DNA of 46,110 nt from Sarea resinae. Its lineage: Eukaryota. Both the position numbers and the translations under genes were made by a program. Location: the NCBI GenBank assembly GCA_026026165.1, contig JAPEUD010000036.1, positions 186,001 to 232,110 on the forward strand, in the 5' to 3' direction. How positions within the stretch are numbered: the first letter of the stretch is position 1; every line of letters starts with the position of its first letter. Of the stretch, positions 1 through 11,231 are shown piece after piece. The notes beneath the pieces are model-generated. The model saw only the letters and a program-made list of their open reading frames with translations, was not told where the DNA came from and did not search any database.

Positions 1-284
1 ATCGAGGATTCAAAATGTTGTTGAGGTCCTGACCTGAGGAAGGGAGGGACTCGGAAGGTGGAGCAATCAATGGTAAAGTGGACTTGAGAGAAGATGTCAA
101 GTAGAGTAATGGTGATGATATTGGTGGGTCAGGCAGTTGTTCGACACAGCTGGAGTACCGGCCGCTGGCCACCTCGCTTAGTCATCATAATCCGAACGGC
201 ACTGCGACCAGCATGGAATCCGATCTCCCGCGGTCCGAATATCGAAGCAGACTCGGGCGTTGCTGTGAATGCCTTGACGCATTA

Positions 285-2042
285 ATGGCTTCCTCCATAG
301 GCACCGAAGACGATGTGAGCTCACAAGTCCCTTCTGACCTCCGGGAGCGGATTCATCTTGCAATTGACTTTTTGCTAACAGGCTGCAGGTCTTCGAGCAA
401 CTCAAAAAGCCCGTGGATCCTAAGCTGCAGGAGGAGCGCGAGCGGGCCATGAATGAGCGGATGCAGTCACAATACGAGAAGGCGCAAAAGAGATTGGCCG
501 AACTGGTATGCTTGCAATCCTGGTTACCCTGAGCTGTTGCAATTCTTGTCGGCGCCGGTTCACGGGCTAAAAGGTGTTACAGATTGATGTCAACTCGACG
601 TTGCCAGTGACAATCTCGTCAATAAGTGTTTTGAATGCGAAGCATACACGAAAAGGCTTCCTCCGACGGGTATTCGATCCGCTGTTGAGCATCAATCAGG
701 ATGGACCGTATACCTTGGCCGAGGCTTTGAAGGAAGTCTCTATCAGCGCGGATAAACTACACAGATTTGGTATGATATGGCCGATGGCCGATGCATGTTG
801 TATATTGCCTGGGGACTGACTGGTGTAGACATCTTTCATGCTCCTATATCTCTTTATATCGACAAGCCAACACCTACGGACCCGTCTTCTACGCCCACCG
901 ACATCGACGTTTTTCTTTCTGTCCGCGAAAAGTCGCGCTTGCTGCTCAAAACCGGTACAGATCTTGGCAATGCTGAGGGCTCGGCTTACGGCAACCTGCT
1001 CTGGCGTAACATATTTGGCGGTGCCGAGTCACTGAATCTTAATGCTTCTTTGGGAACTCGGACGAGATCAGCTTACTCGGCAAGCTTTGACACACCTGTA
1101 CTGAGCAACCCCGACCTGAGATGGGAGATTGGGGGTTTGGCAAGTGCCACGCAGAAGAGCTGGGCGAGCCACGAAGAAGTACTGAAGGGTGGAAGCACCA
1201 AACTCAAATGGATGACTGAGTCCGGCAGCAGACATGAGCTAGGATATTCGGGGGTCTGGAGGCAGATTACCGGTTTGGCTGGGAATGCGTCGCCGACGGT
1301 CAGAAACGATGCGGGAGATAGTGTCAAAAGCAGCATCACGCACACCTGGCTCAACGATCAACGAGACAATCCAATGCTTCCGTCAAGAGGATATTTGATG
1401 AAGACCGTATCGGAACTTGCAGGGTGGGGTCCGCTAAGAGGTGACGTCGCATTTTGGAAGTCGGAATTCGAGAGCCAAGCTGCTTTACCTATACCCATCC
1501 CAGGAATCAAAGGAGACAGTGGCGTGTCTTTCACTACCGGAATCCGAGCTGGACTCCTTTATCCTCTTACTCTAAGCGGCCAAGCACAGCCTCAGCCATC
1601 TCGTGTCAACGACCGTTTCCAGTTGGGTGGCCCTACCGATGTTCGCGGTTTCCGTCTTGCTGGTCTAGGTCCTCATGATGGAGCGGATGCAGTGGGTGGA
1701 GACGTCTTCGCAGCGGGCAGCGCGAATCTACTTTTCCCGCTGCCGCGCGTGGGTGCAGATAAGCCTCTTCGTCTACAAGCATTTGTCAACGGAGGCAGAA
1801 TACTTGCGCTGAAGAACGTGGCTAAGCAGGGCGGCATGGACGGCGAACAGGTCAAGGAGAGTGTTTCTGCTACGCTCGAAGAGTTGAAGAACGGCCTTCC
1901 AAGCATGGCGGCGGGAGTCGGGCTTGTCTATGCTCATCCAGTAGCAAGGTTTGAGCTGAACTTCTCGCTGCCGTTGGTACTGCGGAAGGGGGAGGAAGGC
2001 CGAAAAGGGTTGCAATTCGGAGTGGGCATTAGCTTTCTGTGA
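285..2042 (+). CDS. SAM50: Mitochondrial outer-membrane SAM complex beta-barrel subunit Sam50/Tob55 (Omp85 family); exons 285-314, 389-505, 583-769, 829-2042
   Basis: Three GT..AG introns with branch motifs join in frame. Omp85/Sam50 motifs NIFGGAESL, DRFQLGGPTDVRGF, DAVGGD, ARFELNF and C-terminal GLQFGVGISFL. Confidence 0.95.
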
Positions 2043-2439
2043 TTTTTTTCAATCTGTAGCATATGTAGAGGATCCATCAAGCAGACCATTGAACTACGAG
2101 CAGCCAAAATATGAAAGATCATACTCATAGGAGCACACGACTGCAAAAAATATCAACAGCGTACAGTATTGATTCGTGTTGATTGTTTGCTGACTAAGCT
2201 GAGGCGCCGGGAAATGGCGACGTTTACCAGAACACGCACAGATCACAGATCGAGGCAACCTCCCAGACAGCAGACAGACAACCGCCAACCTAATTGCCAT
2301 AGTAAATGCTAGAAGTGGGGTATTAAATATCTCGCCATCGCAACACCACTAATATATCTCATTCGAAGCATCGCAAAATTCCAAGGCAAGAGGAAGGACA
2401 TTTCTGGGCATCCCGGCTGCCGCCTCTCTATCGGCCACC

Positions 2440-2861
2440 ATGGCCCAGTTCTTCACCTCCCAGCAACAGCAGCCTTACTCCGCCTCAAACCTCCAATTCT
2501 ATCCCTCCTCCTACCCGGCACAGCCCGTATCTGGACACACGACACCCTCACAAGCCTACGGCAACTATGGCGCACAGGCCTCGAACCAAGCTACCGCGTA
2601 CCCAGGCATGGGCTTCGGGGGGGGCTTTGGGTCTACGCCTGGGGTCAGTGGGCGCATGGGCGACCAGGGAGGTTTACGCACAGGATGGCTGGCCGCATTT
2701 GGGACGGAGGGATATGATGGCGAACCACCGCTGCTGGAGGAGCTAGGGGTCAATTTCGATCATATCAAGCTCAAGGTAGGTCGAGCGCGTTGTCTTGGTC
2801 TGAAGGTCCTTCTTGCGATTCCTCCTACGGCGCACCGCCGCCTTGGTTTCCGTTTGGATCC

Positions 2862-2909
<48 letters not shown>

Positions 2910-3591
2910 CATGCACAGATACTGACTATTAACCATCTCAGACATTGACGGTGCTCAATCCTCTGGCGCGAGTAGACCAGCACATAATGGACGATTCGGA
3001 TCTTGCAGGACCAGTGCTATTCTTCCTTCTCTTCGGCACCTTTCTCCTCTTTGTAGGCCCCTCTATACCCTAATTCTCCCTTCATCAGGCTGACAATCTC
3101 CCTTACAGTCCGGCAAAGTCCACTTCGGCTACATCTACGGCCTCGCCCTCCTAGGCTCCTGCACCCTCCACATGATCCTCTCCCTCATGTCCCCACCCCT
3201 CGACCCCACGTCGCAGCAATCCGATCCCACTGCAGATGAACCCCCAAACCGTCGCTCAAGCACAGCCTCTCAATACTCCAGCTTCTCCTCCACGCTCACC
3301 TTTCCCCGCTCCGCCTCCGTCCTGGGCTATTGCCTGTTGCCCCTGGTTCTCACATCCCTGATCGGCATCCTGCTCCCCATGGACACCGCGCTGGGTTACG
3401 TGCTCACGATTTCGGCAATCGTCTGGTGCACTTATAGCTCTAGCGGCATGTTCTGCGTCGTGGGACGTATGCGCGGCATGCGCGGCCTGGTGGCGTACCC
3501 GCTTGCCCTTTTCTATGCCGGCTTCGGCATCATGAGCATCTTCAGTTCAAGAGGGAGTGGGAACCTGGCAGCCAAAACGGTGGGGGGTTGA
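2440..3591 (+). CDS. YIP1: Yip1 family ER-Golgi membrane protein; exons 2440-2775, 2942-3052, 3109-3591
   Basis: Spliced product reads EPPLLEELGVNFDHIKLK/TLTVLNP...MDDSDLAGP.../SGKVHFGYIYG...SVLGYCLLP...LVAYPLALFY, the Yip1 signature motifs. Introns are GTAGGT..CAG and GTAGGC..CAG. Confidence 0.95.
2863..2909. repeat. (GTT)15 microsatellite in YIP1 intron 1
   Basis: Perfect GTT run seen directly; it produces the spurious poly-V and poly-T ORF tails. Confidence 0.95.
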
Positions 3592-4118
3592 AGCGGACAG
3601 GATTCTAGGGAGCCACTTATCCAGTACGACCGTTTGCGCAGGGAAAGAATTCGAGGAATGGTAAAGGTTCCAGGTACGCTGCGATGGCCGGGAAGGAAAT
3701 AGGACGGGCCTGGCAGGGTAGGGCTGGGTTCACCAAACGGGGGCAAAAGATGCCTGTCTTCCGCAGCCATTGTAGCTAAGATTTTCATTCCGGTATTAGC
3801 GGGGCGTGGTGTGCATGACTGCATGTGTATATATCATCATTAAAAAGGACGTTCACATTTTCATTAAGATCGAGCTGAGGTGGGACTACATCCCGATTAG
3901 CGGAGGCCTTCTATAAAACAATCAACATCACAAGACTGAAACGCTTTCCCCGGAGAGAGCTAAGCCGCCTATCATATCATATGAGTTGAGTCTCAAAGCT
4001 CTTCAGTCATGTTAGCGCCAATGCCTTCTCATATGCTGGAATGGGGAAAGAAATAAAAAACGAAATTTCGTCGGGCGTTCAATTCAAATATTCATGCATT
4101 CAGTCCTTGGGGTTCATT

Positions 4119-6611
4119 TCACCGACCAGCCGCCTCCTGTCTCGTCGGCGCCCAGTTCTTCAACCACGTCTGAGCGCGGTCGAGATCCCCGCCCTCCGCT
4201 TCGAGCGCAGCGACGCACCATTCGAGCGCGTAGCCTCCGCTAGCACCAGCAGCAGCGCCGCCCTTCAAATGCATCTCGGGGTGCGCATCGCTCTTCTCAG
4301 CCGCTAGCATCTCCGCCAGCCCTCGGCGGCGCTGACTCGCCTCATCCACGCAGAAATGCAGCGGACTGCTCAGATCGCGCCAGGCGTCGACGGCGGGCTT
4401 GATAAGGGGTAGCACGTCTTTGGCGGACATTGCGACGGCCGCGCCCTCACTACCATCACCGCCACCACCACTTCCGTCGGGAACGATCCCCACATTCTTG
4501 CGCCCAGACTTACAAAATGCGTTCGAGCACCACGGCTTGCCGCAGCCGCTCATCATCTGCGCAAGATAGCGCCTCTCAATGCGGCGTTTCAGTGCTCGGC
4601 CCTCGGGGTCGTACATGCTGACGTACAGCGGCCCGAAGCAGATACTGCAGAGGCCGAGATCGTTGCCCGGGCCTTGGCCTATGCGGGCGCCCGCGCGCAC
4701 GTCGCCGTTCTTCCCCACACCGTCCAGCGTGCGTCCGCAGTTGACGTTCCGGCATATGCGCGGGGAAGGGCGCGACAGACGTTCTAGTGAGTGGTGCAGT
4801 AAGTGCGTGTGCATGTCGCGCAGGCGGACGCGAGCGCCGCAGAGGTGACACTCTGTTGTGCGGGCGCCATCGGCTAATTCGTGCGGTGTGAGATTCGAGA
4901 GAATGGATTCGGGGGGCGGAGAGGAGAGGGGATCGTCGGTGACGGGCACTTCGAGGTGGCAAAATTGGCATAGGTGGAGTTTGGATGGGCAGGTAGTTGT
5001 GCGGTGTTGGGCTAGAAGGGATAGGGAGGAGAAGACGGCGTGTTGGGGGCAGGAGGGGCAGGTGTGGGCAGAGTGCGATACTAGGGCGTGCTTGCTTTGC
5101 GACGTGCTTGTGTTGCCGAAGTTGCTGTCGTGGGGACAGTGCCAGTGATTGGTCCATTCTGGGGACGACTTTTTGAACACGAGATGGCAGTGCGGGCAGA
5201 GGATATTGTTGCGGAGACAGAAATTTTCGTGGAGCATCATCGTTCGCTGAGGGACTAATTGGTGGCAATTTTTGCAACGGACTTCGTCGGGGCTGGGGGC
5301 TTCTTCATCTAAGGTGGGGGAAGTGGATTCGGTGCTGGCTGAAGTGGGGTCAAAGGGTGTTGCGCGGATGTAATATGTTCTTGGTGGAGTCTTGCTGCTG
5401 GTGGAGTCATCTTCCGCATCTGTTGGATGTTGGTAGCCATGGACGGAGATCCAGATAGCTTCGGCATTTTCAAGTTCGATGTTAGTAGGCTGTATGCGGA
5501 TTCGTTTAGGATACTGGCTTGAGAAGTCGCCGAAGACGTGCTCGTCATCTCTTGGCTTTGCTCTCTGCCGTGAAGAGAAGGGACTGACGAACAGATCGAC
5601 CTCTTCTTCATCATCGACCCCGCTGATTTCGATCTCGAGTCCTTGAGATCGGTCCCACGAGGGTATCTCATAGTCGACGTATTCTCCCTCTTGCACTTGG
5701 CCCTGCTGACCTTCCCAGAGTTCCAGCTTCCCACCAACAGAGCTCCCCTCTCTCGTCCCCGGAGCTCGCTGAGACTTCGCTATATGACGCTTCAGCGTCT
5801 CTCTAGCCTGTTCTTCGTTCAAAGCCTCTATGTCGACTTCCAGATCGGTATCAACAACGCAGATCCCATCGCCTTCTGGTTTAAATCCGTCGATAAGAAA
5901 CCTGAACTCGTCTTTCTTCCCCCCTGTCACTCGGCCGCTAGGTACCAGTAGTATTTCGCCGTTCGTCAGAGTGGTGAAATTCGCTCGGAGATGCTGTTCG
6001 AGGAGAGACTTCCAGTCCTCCGGATCGTAGCCGGCTTCGAGTGGGCGCAAGCGCACGTAGGTGCCCTTGGGTAGCTGTTTCGCATGGACGGTGATTCTCG
6101 GGAGCGTTTCATCGTCCCCCGTGAGATCATATACGACATGTCCCCCAGGATTTTCCGTGTCCACCCCATTGCTTTGTGCAAGTTTCGAGTCGAGCACAGC
6201 CTTATTCTCCTCTAGCCCCAGTGATTGCCGCAAAAACGTGCTTAAGCCGATCTCGCTCTCTTCCGCCGAGAATTCGCGGATACCCGCATACACCACCCTT
6301 CCATTCTGTGGGTTCACCAACCGAAATGTCAGCGGATGTGGCAACTGCTGCTGCTGGTCTCTAAACTGTGCTCTTGCCCTCCGCTCAGCCGCATACGAGT
6401 GCGGGTTATATGGGTCAAATTCCGGCGTGTATGACTGTTGCTGATCTTGAGCGGGGACGTTGACTGTAGCAGCACTGAGGAGTTGCTCGAGGGCTGATGC
6501 AGGCAGTAGGATCTTATCGCCGGGTAGGGATCTGCTTGATGGTGAAGGCGGCGTTACGGAGAATTGAGCTGACCATTTCAGAGAGATGGCCTCTGGCATT
6601 GTCGTAGTCAT
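4119..6611 (-). CDS. UFD1-domain protein (non-canonical Ufd1 paralog, 830 aa) with multiple C2HC-type zinc fingers, an AZUL-like Zn domain and a C-terminal UBA-like helix bundle
   Basis: Intronless ORF. UFD1 UT3 motifs GDKILLPASALEQL, VYAGIREFSAEE, LPKGTYVRLRP, LRANFTTLTNGE. Repeated CxxC..H..C fingers. IERRYLAQMMSGCGKPWCSNAFC resembles the E6AP AZUL domain. Confidence 0.88.
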   Translation of the reverse strand: MTTTMPEAISLKWSAQFSVTPPSPSSRSLPGDKILLPASALEQLLSAATVNVPAQDQQQSYTPEFDPYNPHSYAAERRARAQFRDQQQQLPHPLTFRLVNPQNGRVVYAGIREFSAEESEIGLSTFLRQSLGLEENKAVLDSKLAQSNGVDTENPGGHVVYDLTGDDETLPRITVHAKQLPKGTYVRLRPLEAGYDPEDWKSLLEQHLRANFTTLTNGEILLVPSGRVTGGKKDEFRFLIDGFKPEGDGICVVDTDLEVDIEALNEEQARETLKRHIAKSQRAPGTREGSSVGGKLELWEGQQGQVQEGEYVDYEIPSWDRSQGLEIEISGVDDEEEVDLFVSPFSSRQRAKPRDDEHVFGDFSSQYPKRIRIQPTNIELENAEAIWISVHGYQHPTDAEDDSTSSKTPPRTYYIRATPFDPTSASTESTSPTLDEEAPSPDEVRCKNCHQLVPQRTMMLHENFCLRNNILCPHCHLVFKKSSPEWTNHWHCPHDSNFGNTSTSQSKHALVSHSAHTCPSCPQHAVFSSLSLLAQHRTTTCPSKLHLCQFCHLEVPVTDDPLSSPPPESILSNLTPHELADGARTTECHLCGARVRLRDMHTHLLHHSLERLSRPSPRICRNVNCGRTLDGVGKNGDVRAGARIGQGPGNDLGLCSICFGPLYVSMYDPEGRALKRRIERRYLAQMMSGCGKPWCSNAFCKSGRKNVGIVPDGSGGGGDGSEGAAVAMSAKDVLPLIKPAVDAWRDLSSPLHFCVDEASQRRRGLAEMLAAEKSDAHPEMHLKGGAAAGASGGYALEWCVAALEAEGGDLDRAQTWLKNWAPTRQEAAGR

Positions 6612-6823
6612 GACCGCGCAGAGTCTAATAACAGATATGCGCTATACTATGCGAACAGAGGAGAGAAGAAAAAGTTGAAGAAAATTATTCGATGTGCAAG
6701 GTGAATGCGAAGATCACTGGGCATGTTTGAGATGATTGAGATGGTCGAAATGGCTGTTGTTTTGCCATTTCTGGAAGCTTCCTACTGCTGCCTTAGGTAA
6801 GCTGGGAGGTTTCGTCATGAGGC

Positions 6824-6863
6824 GATAAGATCGATAGATAAGATTGATCGATAAGCTGATAAG
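6824..6863 (+). promoter_or_regulatory. Cluster of four GATAAG (GATA-factor-type) motifs in the divergent promoter between the UFD1-like and F-box-like genes
   Basis: GATAAG at 6824, 6837, 6850 and 6858, within the ~540 bp head-to-head intergenic region. Confidence 0.5.
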
Positions 6864-7149
6864 TCAGCAATCAAGATCGGCGGTGTGTCTCATATCTAAG
6901 GTTGATATCCACGAGTCATCTACAGTATTGATGTGTCATCCGTCATCCAGCACAACACAACGCTTTCATGCGGTGTGACCATCTCAACCTACAACATCAT
7001 CAACCTCAACATCACTGCCCGCAAACACACTCGACTTCTCACAGCCGCCTTGCAGCTTGATACTACTATTATGGGTCAATGAATCATTCAGGCCGTGCTG
7101 CTGCACTCGCCCTCTTACGTTCGCACCCCGCTGTCGCCTACAAACAAAC

Positions 7150-8544
7150 ATGGCACACGACATGCCAATTAATCTTCTTGACCTGCTATCTAATACCTTG
7201 ATTTTATACCATACCGTGCCCTATCTGCCCTTCTCCTCTTTGCTTAATCTAGGTGCTACCTCGACGTCTTTTCGATGTCTTATATATGATACTCCGAAGG
7301 TCTTTCGTTATCTTGATCTATCCACTGTTCGGACCGCTGCCGTCCCAATCGCCCCCATTGACTCGGGAGGTGAGGTGTGGCGTCGCGAGCAAATGGATGA
7401 GGCAGTGACCGAGGACGATTTCTACGCAGGTCCCCTTCGAGGTATCTTTGGCAAGCTTTCGCGGCAGAATATTCTACAGGGTGTGCAGACGCTCATCTTG
7501 GATGGACTATCTATTACCGCCGAGTTGATACGGGAGATCATTACCGACGAGCCGTACAATGTTCGAATTCTTTCGATACGAGAGGCAAAGAACCTCAATG
7601 AGCGAAAGCTGACGCAGGTTCTGAGATATGTGGTCCGCCCCTCAAGGCCAGAAGGTACACCAAAATTGAAGGGGCTATACGTCTTTGGACCCAAAGATCC
7701 ACCTCAGGGACCTATTAAGGCCTACTCGCCCCCTGCTGAAGCCGCCAACCGCAAACTGCCGTCAAGACTCGCTCAACGAGGGCCGCCTTCGTTTGGGGTT
7801 ATGGCTTCGGAGGGCGCGCAAATCGGGGCAGAGTGGAATCAAAAATCACAGCTCGCGCTTTCCCAAGATCTATCCAAGGATGGAGATGGCTGGTACCAAG
7901 CTTCGGGACGGATGATGAGAAGAGCTCCTCTGACGGAATGGTCCGAGACAATCAGAGCTTGCGAAGGTATCATTTCATTCGATGCTGTGCTTTGCCGCGG
8001 CCCAAGACATGATCCTATCACATATTCGGCCAACGACGATGAAGAAACCACAATACTCAAGCTGGAAGCATACTTGAACCCAACCATTGCAATCGTGGCC
8101 TTAGGCCAATCTGGTTGTAGTACCTGTCACACATCGCCTGAAGGTCCTGTACGTGCTGGTGTCTCGCCGTCTTCCCAACTGCCACTCTTAGCCCCACCTC
8201 CACTCCATTCTTCGACCGTCAAAGCCGCACAATGTCCGACGTCTTTTGGTAACGACCCGTCACCCCCTCTTTACATTCGCTGTGAAGATTGTCTCCGTGA
8301 CCGCTGGTGTGAGCGGTGTAACAAATGGTGGTGCGAAGCATGCTATCCGGCTATCCGAACCAGTACGCGAACGAATTTACAGCAAAAGGAGTTATCGCAG
8401 GATTTGATCTTGTCGGCGGGCGGCCCAGTCGGAGGACAGAAGGACACGGATGATAGCATAAAGGTACATCTTGGTCTCTGTGTTGAGGGATGTCTCGTGG
8501 GGCAAATGATGGCAGGCGCCGGGGCAGGCGGCATGTGGGGCTGA
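7150..8544 (+). CDS. F-box-like protein with C-terminal Cys-rich region; unspliced isoform ending ...GAGAGGMWG
   Basis: Long ORF; likely start ATG 7150 (ACAAACATGG context). N-terminal LLDLLSNTLILYHTVPYLPFSSLLNLGATSTSFR is F-box-like. CEDC, WCERCNKWWCEAC Zn-binding motifs. Confidence 0.8.
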   Translation: MAHDMPINLLDLLSNTLILYHTVPYLPFSSLLNLGATSTSFRCLIYDTPKVFRYLDLSTVRTAAVPIAPIDSGGEVWRREQMDEAVTEDDFYAGPLRGIFGKLSRQNILQGVQTLILDGLSITAELIREIITDEPYNVRILSIREAKNLNERKLTQVLRYVVRPSRPEGTPKLKGLYVFGPKDPPQGPIKAYSPPAEAANRKLPSRLAQRGPPSFGVMASEGAQIGAEWNQKSQLALSQDLSKDGDGWYQASGRMMRRAPLTEWSETIRACEGIISFDAVLCRGPRHDPITYSANDDEETTILKLEAYLNPTIAIVALGQSGCSTCHTSPEGPVRAGVSPSSQLPLLAPPPLHSSTVKAAQCPTSFGNDPSPPLYIRCEDCLRDRWCERCNKWWCEACYPAIRTSTRTNLQQKELSQDLILSAGGPVGGQKDTDDSIKVHLGLCVEGCLVGQMMAGAGAGGMWG

Positions 8545-8976
8545 AATTCGATGTCTGTCGTGCCTCGACGGAAATGTACGCATCCGCGTCATTTAAGATT
8601 CCTGTCTTGCCCTGGATGAGGAATCTTCTCCTGAGCTGTTTGGATTGATCTTGCGCTGACTCTTTTGACTGTGTAGCCAGTTCAGCGGGACTGCTGGGAA
8701 TGCGGACGTACTGTAAGAATTACCTCTCTTTCCACATCGTGCGCGGTAATAGAGAACAAAGCTGATGTTCATTTAGTGCATTGATTGCAAGCGATCCACC
8801 GAGCGAAAATGCCGGTCATGCAGCGGCGGCTACTGCATGGTTCATAATGAGGGGTCATCAGCGGCTACGGTACGTGCACGTTCTTGTCTTTCGATGCGCT
8901 TTCGAATGCGACTCTTACTTCCTCCCAGTGCGACTGGTGCATGAGTTCTGGACGTAGGACCCGGGAGCTCTATTAG
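7150..8976 (+). CDS. Alternative spliced isoform of the F-box-like gene with an extended Cys-rich C-terminus (exons 7150-8463, 8677-8712, 8777-8869, 8929-8976)
   Basis: Three downstream exons with canonical sites (GCTGAC..TAG; GTAAGA..GCTGAT..TAG; GTACGT..CAG) splice in phase 0 to PVQRDCWECGRT-CIDCKRSTERKCRSCSGGYCMVHNEGSSAAT-CDWCMSSGRRTRELY*. The donor at 8464 (GTACAT) is inferred. Confidence 0.7.
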
Positions 8977-9274
8977 TTCATCTGATCCTATAAGGCCGTC
9001 AGGGGAGAAGCCATGTCGGAGTTGGTTCCGGGGATAGCTATATCAACAGGCCGTTCAGGGAACATCTCTGCTCAATAATTCAGATACTTGTAATCGAAGA
9101 TGATACATGTAGGCTCCAAGATCAGAGCAAGGATAGATCTGGCGAACCCATCGCCAATGGTGTGAATTGAATTGATCCAGCAAGTATCTTCAACATACCC
9201 CCTCTTTCCGTATCGGCCACCATAATCAATGCCCCCACCGAAGGATGGGCGCTTAACAGGCACCCTGATCCTGC

Positions 9275-10348
9275 TGCTGCCTATCACTTTGCCGCATCTG
9301 CTACGCCTATTACAATGATCCTGCTCGCCGCCCACTTGCTGTTGCCTCGCTTGCCCTTGCTACTGATCACCTTGTGTAGCTCGGTATTCGGCGTGGGGGA
9401 GGGCTGTATCCTCCTTGCTGATTATACTGCTGCCATCTTCTGGAGATTTCTATCGCCTTCAATATCGTTGGAATTGATTCCTTGCCTCTCGCCGGTCTCA
9501 AGTGACAAATTCGGTGTTGGCCTATCACGCCGCTGCATTTACCGCTTCCCCAATGCTACGCCTCATCCAAGAAAAGGAACACCTTTTCTGCCTTCATGCC
9601 TCGTCTGGGCTTATCATGCGCCGGAATTCTCAGCCTTCTCAGCCACGATGGGAATAATTTCACTCATGCCTTCGATGCACTTGACTCTGTTGCCTGTTGT
9701 TCTATTGTATGGAGTACCCTGTCCGCATTTTCTTGTGCCTCTGCCACGCGTCGTCAGACGTGGATGGTGAATTTGCGCCCCCCCAACGCCTTGCCAAGGC
9801 TGAGGCATTGAGAGTCAGGAATAGACAATTTTCATGCTTGCCATCTCAAAATCGAAGCAATGACCTTCCACTCGAGATAAGAGGGGTGGCGGATCACACA
9901 TCTGCAATGCTGCAGATGATCCAGGGGTCTTTGAGATTAGCAGGTGATCTGGTCCGAGGGTCTGGACCATATGCGGACCAATGACAACACTGATCGCTAT
10001 AGTTGCCATTATCAGCCTTACAGATCTAATCGTACGGCGCTTATATATCGCTAGGTAGAATGCCTTCTTGGAGCTCTCTACAACGCTCTTCGAACTTCTT
10101 TATAATGAACCTACGAATTCCTTGTTTGTTGCATATGGCTATCAATTTTCATCGAATGTATCTAATTAAATGGCCATCGTTCACGTTCTCCGAGGCATTC
10201 GGTATCGTTCATGTCTGTTGTAAGACTGGTGGTGTGGCCTCCACTGCCAGAAACCGGGCGTTTAGCGCGTTTCAGGGTTGGCACAGACATCTGCGTGCTG
10301 CCTATCGTAATGCTGCCTATCGTAATGCTGCATTTGCTGCGCCTATTG
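9275..10348 (+). repeat. Dispersed diverged ~40-bp repeat (9275, 9517, 10311) plus a 15-bp tandem duplication TGCTGCCTATCGTAA (10296-10331)
   Basis: tgctgcctatcactttgccgcatctgctacgcctatt versus tgctgcctatcgtaatgctgcatttgctgcgcctatt, compared by eye. Confidence 0.6.
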
Positions 10349-11231
10349 CTGATAGATCAAGTTGCCGCTACTCTGCATTATTGTACTTGGTTTTGACGAC
10401 TTCTACTTTCGATCTCCTGCATCTTATGGTAGCGTTGGCCGTGGTGGACGGCTGTATATTGCCCTCGCAGATACGGTGTCGCCGTTACTTCACTTCTGAT
10501 CGGCGGACTTGAATGTGCAAATGGCTTTTGGCTTCTGTCTCTTTCGAATTGCCACTGGGTTAGAGTGCTGTCTTTCTCGTTGCTGAATTTGCTTCCTTGC
10601 GCCGAGGGTCGACGAGCGATGCCGGGGGAGTTGATGCCTGCTATTTTTAGGGGTCATGCTGCATGTCACCTTTTTGCTGTGCCGCGATATCTCAACTATC
10701 GGTATTCTGGGGCTCACTGTTCTTCCTATCTCTATGCATTTTCAGCCAATTGACGGACTACTGTCAAGGTATCCGCTAGGCACCCAGCATGACACCCTGT
10801 TGCTGTATATTATCTCATTGGATGTTCTTTTTTACCTACCCTCGTTCGTCATCATCTCTGCAGTAGCTTTCTTCATGGCTGAGCGTGCTGGAATCGTCAC
10901 ATATTCTCACTACGCCGCCATGACTTGGCCATTCATGGTCAATAGCTGATGTCTTTCCGTCTGCCTTGCTAGAGCAAGGAACTGCTCCGCCCTGCCACGG
11001 TATGTGAATTTCCATCCTCGATTTAGTATTTGAATCTTGCTGTTTGAGTAAAGGTCCTGCTGTTCTCAGGTGTCATATGCTATCATCAATCCAATCAATG
11101 CTTCTGTCCTAGACTTGTTTAGGTGATAGGATGGTTATGTGTTCTGAGACGGATCTGCATCATCTGCTGACGAATTCTAGGATTACCAGCATCTTAACGT
11201 CAAGAGTAACACCAACTCTACCCAATCCAAA

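Noticed and set aside
2776..2945. Poly-Val and poly-Thr ORF extensions
   Set aside because: Translation of the intronic GTT microsatellite.
4576..5277. 233-aa alternative-frame ORF and other antisense or overlapping ORFs within long genes
   Set aside because: Shadow ORFs of GC-rich coding sequence with no motifs.
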